A DNA stretch of 64,000 nucleotides. It comes from Chlorobiaceae bacterium (GTDB lineage: Bacteria; Bacteroidota; Chlorobiia; Chlorobiales; Chlorobiaceae). This document shows positions 12,501 to 19,715 of the stretch, piece by piece; the stretch's first letter is position 1; every line of letters begins with the position of its first letter. Below the pieces are notes generated by a model. It made no database searches and had not been told where the DNA came from. It saw only the letters and a program-made list of their open reading frames with translations. The position numbers were made by a program, and so were the translations under genes. The stretch is taken from positions 22,522-86,521 of the forward strand of contig JAAXWO010000010.1 of assembly GCA_013334965.1 (NCBI GenBank), in the 5' to 3' direction.

Positions 12501-12728
12501 ATGGATATCGAAGAGGCAGGATTAATATTAGAAGAGGTTATTGAGGTCTATATTTCGAAGAATCCGGAGCGCGCAGAGGATGTGTTTAGCGCCGTACAGA
12601 CCATAGGAAAAACCAGCCAGGAAGCGGCTGCAATCGTGGAGTCATATCGCGCGACACTCGATCGTATCGGCTCATTAATGCTCCTCCAAACAGTTATAAT
12701 GAATTCCTACGCGAGAGCTTATCCATAA
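12501..12728 (+). CDS. Hypothetical helical protein, 75 aa
   Basis: Compact ORF following the integrase; no recognisable motif. Confidence 0.45.
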   Translation: MDIEEAGLILEEVIEVYISKNPERAEDVFSAVQTIGKTSQEAAAIVESYRATLDRIGSLMLLQTVIMNSYARAYP

Positions 12729-13056
12729 CCTTCGCCATGTCTTTCAGCTCATCAGTTATCATGTCCATTCGCCTCTTGAGGCGCTGCAGCTCTATCGAGC
12801 ACTCAACCACGTCACCTTGTGCCGACTGTCTCATTTGATCTCTGACCCCTTCAAGAACATACTGAAGATCAATACCAGACTTCAGCAGGCGCTGCTGTAA
12901 AATGCCGCCAATCTTGTTTCGACCTGTGATGTAAGGACTAAAATAGCTCCCCTGCGCGATCCCCATCGCATCAGCGGCAGCCGTTTTACTACCAAACACC
13001 CGGGTAATCTCTTCATTCAAGCGCGCACCTACCTGTATATCCCCTAAATTTTTCAT
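12694..13056 (-). CDS. Putative HTH repressor (immunity)
   Basis: N-terminal HTH-like SKTAAADAMGIAQGSYFSPY, LQYVLEG motif, C-terminal coiled coil; divergent from the excisionase-like gene. Confidence 0.7.
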   Translation of the reverse strand: MKNLGDIQVGARLNEEITRVFGSKTAAADAMGIAQGSYFSPYITGRNKIGGILQQRLLKSGIDLQYVLEGVRDQMRQSAQGDVVECSIELQRLKRRMDMITDELKDMAKVMDKLSRRNSL

Positions 13057-13172
13057 CTCGCCCCCTAAAATATTACTTGATATTTCACGATATTTTCATT
13101 AAAATATCTATAAGAATATGGAATATCCAGAAATGAACAATAACAACAACATATAATAAGATAGATAAAGAA

Positions 13173-13526
13173 ATGGAAACGAAAAAGCCAAGTTTTGAGC
13201 AGCTCCCCGAGCTTGTGCAGGCACTCGGCGAAAGAATCGGAGCACTTGAAGAACGAATCTGCAGCACCCATATGCCAGCCGAAGAAGAACTCCCGATGTC
13301 CGTTGAAGCCTGCGCGGAGTTCCTGTCGAACATCGAAGGCAAAACAGTTCGCCCCCCGGCCATTTATAACCGCGTGGCGTGCCATAAGCTACCCTTCAGG
13401 AAAAACGGCTCAAAACTCTATTTCTACCGCAGTGAAATTCTCTTGGCCATCAAGAACAGCACTGCAATTCCAACACCTCCTGCGATCGTCGACCAGGACG
13501 AGACGCGGAAGGCAATCGCCATCTAA
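13173..13526 (+). CDS. Excisionase-like helix-turn-helix protein
   Basis: METKKPSFEQLPELV start and MSVEACAEFL...KLPFRKNGSKLYFYRSEI, typical Bacteroidota HTH_17 Xis. Confidence 0.8.
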   Translation: METKKPSFEQLPELVQALGERIGALEERICSTHMPAEEELPMSVEACAEFLSNIEGKTVRPPAIYNRVACHKLPFRKNGSKLYFYRSEILLAIKNSTAIPTPPAIVDQDETRKAIAI

Positions 13527-13544
13527 CATAAAAAAAGCACGACC

Positions 13545-14387
13545 ATGACACAGCCAGCAACAGCCGGCACGGCCCCGCTCATCTTTGGCCGCATCGCCGC
13601 CATCATGGCGGAAGTTCCTGCCATCGCTAAAACTGAAACGAACAAAGACCAAGGTTTCAAGTTTCGCGGTATTGAAAAGATTTACAACAGTCTCCATGAT
13701 CTGATGACAAGGCACTGTGTTTTCACAACATCAGAAGTTTTAGACATCCAGCGCAATGAATGGATCTCAAAGTCTGGCGGCAAGCTCATTGAATTTGCGT
13801 TGCGTGTCCGGTGGACATTCTGGGCCTCTGATGGGAGTTGTGTGCATTCAGAAACCATGGGACAAGCCATGGATTCGGCAGACAAGGCAAGTAACAAGGC
13901 TATGACCATGAGCCACAAAACTGCTCTCCTCCAGATATTCATGATTCCGACAGTGGACACACCTGATGCCGATGCCAACACTCCTGACCCCCAGGAACGC
14001 TTCAACCAGCCCAACGGCCAGAACATACCGCTCCCGCCTGCTCCCCCGCCACCACCAGCTCCGGTATACCAGCCCCAGGCAGCACAGCAAACGCAGCAGC
14101 CGACTCCCCCTCGCGCGACACAGGGCAACCAGAATCAAGGTTACAACGGCGGCGGTGCTTCCGGAAAGCAGCTCGATTATCTTCGCGACATCGTGAGACG
14201 CGACGCGTTCGAGGATGTCGACCGCCAGTATATCGAATGGGCCATTTCTCAGGGCCTATCGCGCGAGCAGTGCAGCGGCTTGATTGACCGTGCACAGGCG
14301 CACATGAACGGCACGCTTAACGAAACTTTCGTACCGAGCCAGCAGCACTCCGGACAGGCTCAAGTCAAAGACGATTTGCCATTCTAA
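13545..14387 (+). CDS. ERF-family single-strand annealing protein
   Basis: N..QGFKFRGIE..Y and GQAMDSADKASNKAMT.S.K.ALLQIF.IPT ERF motifs; Pro/Gln-rich tail. Confidence 0.85.
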   Translation: MTQPATAGTAPLIFGRIAAIMAEVPAIAKTETNKDQGFKFRGIEKIYNSLHDLMTRHCVFTTSEVLDIQRNEWISKSGGKLIEFALRVRWTFWASDGSCVHSETMGQAMDSADKASNKAMTMSHKTALLQIFMIPTVDTPDADANTPDPQERFNQPNGQNIPLPPAPPPPPAPVYQPQAAQQTQQPTPPRATQGNQNQGYNGGGASGKQLDYLRDIVRRDAFEDVDRQYIEWAISQGLSREQCSGLIDRAQAHMNGTLNETFVPSQQHSGQAQVKDDLPF

Positions 14388-14390
14388 CTC

Positions 14391-14801
14391 ATGAGCGAAC
14401 CCGTGACGTTCATTATTGCAGGTGAGCTCTACAGCTCGAAGAACAGCCGTGAGCCGATTGTCAAGCGAACGAAAGCGGGAAAGCAAATTCGCGCGGTGGT
14501 GAAGTCTGCTGCCGCGCGAAGGCATGAGGCTGAACTCATGATGTATCTGAACCGGAACCCGGCTTTTTACCATGCCTGGCTGAAAGAATTCAATGGCCGA
14601 ACACTGCCGATTCGTTTGCAGATCCTGATATACAGGAAAACACGCGGTCGGTTCGATTATGCAAACATCTGCCAGAACCTGTTCGATTGCCTCGTAAAAG
14701 CCGGCTACCTACCCGACGACAATGCAGATACCCTGTTACCAGTCTATGAACCGTATAAAATCGACCGGGATAACCCCCGGACAGAACTCGCCATGCTGTG
14801 A
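14391..14801 (+). CDS. RusA-like Holliday junction resolvase
   Basis: SSKN N-terminal motif, D..N..Q.LFDCL....PDDN, DR.NPR C-terminus. Confidence 0.75.
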   Translation: MSEPVTFIIAGELYSSKNSREPIVKRTKAGKQIRAVVKSAAARRHEAELMMYLNRNPAFYHAWLKEFNGRTLPIRLQILIYRKTRGRFDYANICQNLFDCLVKAGYLPDDNADTLLPVYEPYKIDRDNPRTELAML

Positions 14802-15643
14802 AAGGTTTCTGGGTACCCATATCGAAGGCGCTTGCCTCAGCCCTGCCGCATAGCCGCGCTTTCAGCCGCGTCGAAGCCGCGTTCTCGCTGCAGCTCGATT
14901 ATGATCGAAACGAAAGCGTGACGGTCGCAGGCATGGCAGCGCGGTGGGGATGGAGCCGCAAGAAGGTGGCCGGGTTCCTTTCCGAACTTGGAATTGAAAT
15001 CGAATACCCGGAGGCGACAGACCGGAAACAGAATCAACGGGGACAGATCAGGATACAGATACCGAGCAGATCAGAGATAGACGAAGGACAGATCAAGTTT
15101 ATAGATAATAAAGATATAACGGATTACAGGGACAGATCGTACAACGAACAGGGACAGAAAAGAAGCAGATCAGAGGACACTAAAGAAAAGCGAAGAACAA
15201 GAAGAAAGAACACTCCCTGTAATCCCCCTCTTTTTCTGAACGAAGACACGCAGGATCCGCCGCCGGCATTTTCGCCTGACTTCCAGGCAGGCCCCTGGGC
15301 TGAGTGGTGCCGGACGAAAAAAGGCGGGCCATATCGCAACAAAGAGGCGGCACAGAAACAACTCGAATACCTCTATGAGCTGAGCGCAGGGGATGAGCGG
15401 AAAGCAATGGAGGCGTTGAAGGAGGCCTTCCGGGCCGGATGGCAATCTTTCAAGTGGGTTTTCCAAAACGACCAGACAAGAAAAGACCATGACAACAAAA
15501 CTTACCCAGGCGCTCCTTCCGGCTGCCCAAGCCATGGTGCACGGAACCTCGACAGTCTCGAAAACCTCTACTATGGAGATCTGCATCAGGCAGCTCGGGG
15601 GCACGTTGCAGACAGCTCTGCTGACGGCCCGCCGCATTACTGA
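14798..15643 (+). CDS. Putative phage replication initiator with internal iteron region
   Basis: N-terminal HTH-like MAARWGWSRKKVAGFL, low-complexity middle with five CAGATC repeats (15044, 15067, 15089, 15133, 15166), helical C-terminus ending GWQSF. Confidence 0.65.
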   Translation: MKGFWVPISKALASALPHSRAFSRVEAAFSLQLDYDRNESVTVAGMAARWGWSRKKVAGFLSELGIEIEYPEATDRKQNQRGQIRIQIPSRSEIDEGQIKFIDNKDITDYRDRSYNEQGQKRSRSEDTKEKRRTRRKNTPCNPPLFLNEDTQDPPPAFSPDFQAGPWAEWCRTKKGGPYRNKEAAQKQLEYLYELSAGDERKAMEALKEAFRAGWQSFKWVFQNDQTRKDHDNKTYPGAPSGCPSHGARNLDSLENLYYGDLHQAARGHVADSSADGPPHY

Positions 15644-16274
15644 ACCGGCAGGCTCGGCGGAAGTTGAACGCGCTGTTAGGACGCTGCAAGTCACCAAAGG
15701 CAAAACCTACGCCAAGGCGATCGAAAAAGAGACCGGCAGAGTACCGGAGGGCCTAGCCGACATTGGCATTACCGCCATGCTGCTTGCCATGCAGATCACC
15801 CATGCAGAACTTGATGCATGGTACAAGAGCGCTGAAACCACGAAATATCAATTCACCATCTACGCCCCCCTGCCTGAGAAGGCTGACGCGCGGGCGCTCC
15901 TTGACGAGATTCGCGCGGCCAACGTGAGCCGCAGAATGACTGCTGAAAACCTGCTCGAAATGCATCAAAAAAGCCAGGAAAAGCCTGAAAAAGTGCAGCT
16001 TTCAATTTCGGGTCTTCGTACATCACTCGAGCTCGGGTTGTGGTCGCTCATGTTCCCGGAGCAGCGGCAGGCGGTGTGGATGCTCTTGCGGTGGGATGAG
16101 CTGACGCACGCGGCGAAGTGGGACTATTTCAAGAGCTTACCGCGGGACGAGCGGGCGCGCATTCTGCATCTGGCGACGCCGGACGAGCGGGAAGCGAGAA
16201 CGCGAGAGCTTTTCAAGCTGCATTACGACAATCAAGACATGATAAAAAAGGAGAACGACCGTGAGCATGAATAA
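15489..16274 (+). CDS. Hypothetical phage protein (possible helicase loader position)
   Basis: 261-aa ORF overlapping the initiator; true start uncertain. Confidence 0.5.
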   Translation: MTTKLTQALLPAAQAMVHGTSTVSKTSTMEICIRQLGGTLQTALLTARRITEPAGSAEVERAVRTLQVTKGKTYAKAIEKETGRVPEGLADIGITAMLLAMQITHAELDAWYKSAETTKYQFTIYAPLPEKADARALLDEIRAANVSRRMTAENLLEMHQKSQEKPEKVQLSISGLRTSLELGLWSLMFPEQRQAVWMLLRWDELTHAAKWDYFKSLPRDERARILHLATPDEREARTRELFKLHYDNQDMIKKENDREHE

Positions 16275-16845
16275 GAAAACCCTCTGGATCGACACCGAGA
16301 CAACGGGCATAGAACCCGGCAAACATGGCATCATTCAGCTTGCCGCCCTGATAGATATCGCCGGCGAAGTGGTCGACGAGTTCGAGCTGAAATTCCAGCC
16401 GCACCCTGGCGCGGAAATCAATCTGGAGGCGCTGGCCGTCACCGGCACCGAGCCGGAAGAGCTGGCGACGCGCGGCACAAGTGTTGATGCCTATTTCGAG
16501 TTTGTACGCTGGCTCGGAAAGCACATCAATAAATATGACCGCATGGATAAGGCATACCCTGCCGCTTTCAATGCCCATTTCGATTTTCAATTCCTGGAAG
16601 CATGGTTCCGGCTTCTCGGTAACAACTATGGAACCGGCAGTTACCAGAACTGGAAATTTCAGGATCCCTTGGCGCTGTTACGCTTGCTCGATTATACTGG
16701 CCGCCTGAGCCTGCTGGATTACAAACTCGGCACCGCATGCGCGCATTTCGGCATTGAGCTTCAGGCACATGATGCGCTGAGCGACGTTCACGCGGCGCGG
16801 TTGCTTCACGGCTTGCTGATCCGGGAGGTGTTCAATGGCAAGTAA
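16261..16845 (+). CDS. DEDDh 3'-5' exonuclease (DnaQ-like)
   Basis: WIDTETTG, FNAHFD and HDALSD ExoI/II/III motifs. Confidence 0.9.
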   Translation: MSMNKKTLWIDTETTGIEPGKHGIIQLAALIDIAGEVVDEFELKFQPHPGAEINLEALAVTGTEPEELATRGTSVDAYFEFVRWLGKHINKYDRMDKAYPAAFNAHFDFQFLEAWFRLLGNNYGTGSYQNWKFQDPLALLRLLDYTGRLSLLDYKLGTACAHFGIELQAHDALSDVHAARLLHGLLIREVFNGK

Positions 16846-17070
16846 AATTTCATGGACAGAAGAGACCTGGGACCCGATTATCAGCTCGTCATGACTGATG
16901 GTCGCTGGAATGGCCAGTCAACATTTACGTAGGCGCTTAACAATCTGGCACCGCCGCGCGGGAATAGGCCGCAGTTGAAATCAAAACCTTGGCGCCTTAG
17001 CCAAAAAGGGGCCATGCGCCTGCTCGACGACGTGACACATGACAGGGCTATCGATTGGGCTGCTCCATGA
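16835..17070 (+). pseudogene. Collapsed remnant of a DUF5131 (Gp37/Gp68-like) gene
   Basis: MASKISWTEETWDPI then stop; DGRWNGQ fragment; QKGAMRLLDDVTHD resembling the family C-terminus, across broken frames. Confidence 0.55.
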
Positions 17071-17093
17071 ATCTGAGCTAGAAGCAATTGAAT

Positions 17094-17125
17094 AAAAATG
17101 CCGGGTTCAATACCCGGCTTTTTAT
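17094..17125. terminator. Bidirectional terminator-like hairpin
   Basis: GCCGGGT/ACCCGGC stem flanked by A and T runs. Confidence 0.7.
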
Positions 17126-17221
17126 ATCAAAAAGCAAGAAAAATACAGAAATATTAAGAAATAATATTATGAATAATGTGAAATATTCAGTAACATAAAG
17201 AAGGATCAAGGTTATAATATA

Positions 17222-17629
17222 ATGAAACGGAGAATCGCCATGACCATCTTCGATTATATCATCCGCGCTTATGTGCGCGCCATCTTACCGAAAGCACCTT
17301 CTGTATACCGCCCTCTGGTCGATCGACTTCGCAGTGAAGGCGAAATCACAGATCCATCACCCGCAGATGGTGAGCTATTGAAGAATCTTGTAGATGCAGG
17401 TATTATCAGCCGCGTCACCGACCCTATCGTGAGCAACGGGGAAGAGCCAGTAAAATCAACCTATTTCATACCCGGCACCATCACGCTTACCATGCCCTAC
17501 GAGCAACCGCACTGCCCCGCCTGCGATGATGCCAAAGCGCTGCGCGCCCAAGTGCAATACCTGCAGCAACGGATTTCAGACCTCGAAGAGGCTGCGTATG
17601 AAAAGTATTGTATGAGCCTGACAGGCTGA
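17222..17629 (+). CDS. Hypothetical phage protein, 135 aa
   Basis: ORF after an AT-rich promoter-like region; CxxC plus coiled-coil C-terminus. Confidence 0.6.
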   Translation: MKRRIAMTIFDYIIRAYVRAILPKAPSVYRPLVDRLRSEGEITDPSPADGELLKNLVDAGIISRVTDPIVSNGEEPVKSTYFIPGTITLTMPYEQPHCPACDDAKALRAQVQYLQQRISDLEEAAYEKYCMSLTG

Positions 17630-17785
17630 AAAGCAGAAACCCCCGGCGACCAGACCGGGGGAATCCTAAAGCATTGACCATGACGGTCGAATAAAGTTAC
17701 TGATCCGCCATGACCAACACAACTGAATTGTTCGTCGATATTCGCTACTCAAATCAAACCCCTGCAAAAAAATCGGAGATGTATC

Positions 17786-18517
17786 ATGACAACTGACGCT
17801 GCGCCCCTTGCTGCTGATCCTGTGATCAGCGCCCCTCAAGCTGACAGCGAAACCCTTTCCGCTACTGAAACAAACAATCCCTTGAAAGAGCTTGTAAGCG
17901 GCAATGGCAGCTATTCCCTACCGAAGCTCATACAGCTTTATCAGGAAATCGAAGAGGCGCTTATACAGTCTGGCGGACTGGCCGAATATGGTGATCAGAT
18001 GGCCATTGCTGATGACAAGATCGAGCAGAAGCTCGACAATTATAAAGGGCTGATTGATTACTGGAAAGGCCAGATTGCGTACCTGGACGAAAAGGAAAAG
18101 ACCTACAAGAACCGTAAAGTCAGCATCAAAAACGGTATCGAGTGGCTGAGAGGAACCATGAGGGTTGCCATGTTATGCACTGGAAAGCAGAAGATCAAGA
18201 CGGTCGAAGGCACCTATTTTTTCAAGGATCCATTAAAACCGTTGAAGCTCATACCTGAGCTCATTACCGCGAAATATGATGCTGCCCTGAAACGGCTTGA
18301 CATGAAAAAACACTCGGTCATCATCACCTTCCCCTCAACGCTTGACGGTGAATACGAAAAGCTCGCAGAACAATTGACAACCGCGGTGCCCGGAAGTTCA
18401 TGGCGCGTTTCGGATCCGGAATATGACCTTGATGCAATGGCAAACAGATGGCTGCAGGGAAACCGAAACCTGCCGCCGTTTCTCAAACAGGAAGAAAAGA
18501 CATTCAACATCCGTTGA
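17786..18517 (+). CDS. Siphovirus Gp157 / Mu Gam-like protein
   Basis: Long helix with KLDNY..LI...K......L.EKEK....RK....N.IEWLR..M pattern and KIKT..GTYFF. Confidence 0.7.
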   Translation: MTTDAAPLAADPVISAPQADSETLSATETNNPLKELVSGNGSYSLPKLIQLYQEIEEALIQSGGLAEYGDQMAIADDKIEQKLDNYKGLIDYWKGQIAYLDEKEKTYKNRKVSIKNGIEWLRGTMRVAMLCTGKQKIKTVEGTYFFKDPLKPLKLIPELITAKYDAALKRLDMKKHSVIITFPSTLDGEYEKLAEQLTTAVPGSSWRVSDPEYDLDAMANRWLQGNRNLPPFLKQEEKTFNIR

Positions 18518-18532
18518 GAAAACAATCATCAC

Positions 18533-18557
18533 AAAGCCCGGTCCAGTGCCGGGCTTT
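18533..18557. terminator. Terminator hairpin
   Basis: AAAGCCCGG-N7-CCGGGCTTT. Confidence 0.7.
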
Positions 18558-18599
18558 AATTTTACTGATTCTTCCTGTATCTTTCAGGAAATTTAATAC

Positions 18600-19016
18600 A
18601 TGAAGCTCGATAACACCCGCATAAAAAAGGTCCTGCGCCTGATTGCCGATGGTAACACGATCGGCAACGCCTGCATTCTGGCCGGGGTGCATCGCGCGAC
18701 CTATTACCGCTGGCTCGATGAAGGGCGCAAGCATGCCGAGGATGCCGAACGGCGCATTCAGGCGCTCATCGATGCCGGCACGCCGGAAGATCAGATCAAG
18801 CCGGAGCTCCCGACGCTGCAGATGCAACTGCTCGAAGGCGTACCGGAGGCGCAGGCGAGGAGCGAGGCGACCCACCTGAAGAACATCAGAACTGCGGGAA
18901 AAGACGATTGGAAGGCCTCCGCCTGGTTCCTAGAGCGGACGCGGCCGGAGCGGTATGCGCGGCGCGTTGTCTCACCGGAGGCGGAGCAGACGGACGAGCT
19001 GGTTATCATTGGATAA
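18600..19016 (+). CDS. Putative terminase small subunit (HTH)
   Basis: IADGNTIGNACILAGVHRATYYRWLDEG HTH and DWKASAWFLERTRPERY C-terminal motif seen in TerS-like proteins. Confidence 0.7.
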   Translation: MKLDNTRIKKVLRLIADGNTIGNACILAGVHRATYYRWLDEGRKHAEDAERRIQALIDAGTPEDQIKPELPTLQMQLLEGVPEAQARSEATHLKNIRTAGKDDWKASAWFLERTRPERYARRVVSPEAEQTDELVIIG

Positions 19017-19019
19017 GTG

Positions 19020-19046
19020 AAAAGTCCCGGGAGTGCCGGGACTTTT
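19020..19046. terminator. Bidirectional terminator between convergent genes
   Basis: AAAAGTCCCGG-N5-CCGGGACTTTT. Confidence 0.75.
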
Positions 19047-19049
19047 GTT

Positions 19050-19544
19050 TCAGATGAAAGATAGTTGATTGGAGACAAACCGCCACCCGCCGACGAGCGG
19101 ACCGAGCCTCACCGGCTCCCACTTGCCACCCCATTCCGGCAGCTCCACCTGCCCGAACACGACGATCGGCACACCGATGCCGACAGCATAAGCCGCCGTT
19201 GCCCAGGTGCCCGAGCCGGATCCATTGAAGCAAGCGCTTGAGCTGCCGGAAGGCACAAGGCGAGCAGGACAAGGAGCAGATGGATAGGCGGCGAGCGCAA
19301 CCCAGCCGCGCGACTCCTTGCAAGCCTTGACCATGGCCACGGAGCGGAGCGCAAAGGCCCCCGGCCCGCTGCCCTCGACCCTGAAAACCTCTGCCCCTGG
19401 CACAACGTTACGAACGGCCGCATCGATGCCGGAAGCGCAGCCGACCGCCACCGGTATGCCGTACCCCGCGATAATGAGCGCTGCCCGTTGAGCTGCTGCT
19501 ACCTGCGCGCCAGACGGCCGCCGTGAACCTGTGAACCCGACCAT
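19050..19544 (-). CDS. Stand-alone SLOG-superfamily (DprA/Smf-like Rossmann) protein
   Basis: VGFTGSR, VGCASGIDAAV, FALRS.AMV and GSGSGTWAT..YA motifs; start may be up to 19619. Confidence 0.75.
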   Translation of the reverse strand: MVGFTGSRRPSGAQVAAAQRAALIIAGYGIPVAVGCASGIDAAVRNVVPGAEVFRVEGSGPGAFALRSVAMVKACKESRGWVALAAYPSAPCPARLVPSGSSSACFNGSGSGTWATAAYAVGIGVPIVVFGQVELPEWGGKWEPVRLGPLVGGWRFVSNQLSFI

Positions 19545-19576
19545 AAACCACCTCTTTGTTTTGATGTTGCCGTTTA

Positions 19577-19715
19577 AAACCTTTCCCCGGGGGGATAGAG
19601 GCCTCCCCATGACGGGCAAACTCTCATGTCAAGGGCGCGCAGCGGGCGAAGCCTTTACCCTTTACATGAGAGGCAAACCGGCATATCTTTGGCCGGGCCA
19701 CCGGGGAAAGTGGTT
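19577..19715 (+). promoter_or_regulatory. Long imperfect hairpin containing TTTACA-N17-TATCTT; candidate ssDNA promoter
   Basis: Stems 19581-19590/19701-19710 (10/10) and 19621-19635/19658-19672 (14/15); -35 at 19661, -10 at 19684. Confidence 0.55.

Noticed and set aside
17710-17796. 28-codon ORF upstream of the Gp157-like gene
   Set aside because: Too short, with no motif or composition evidence.
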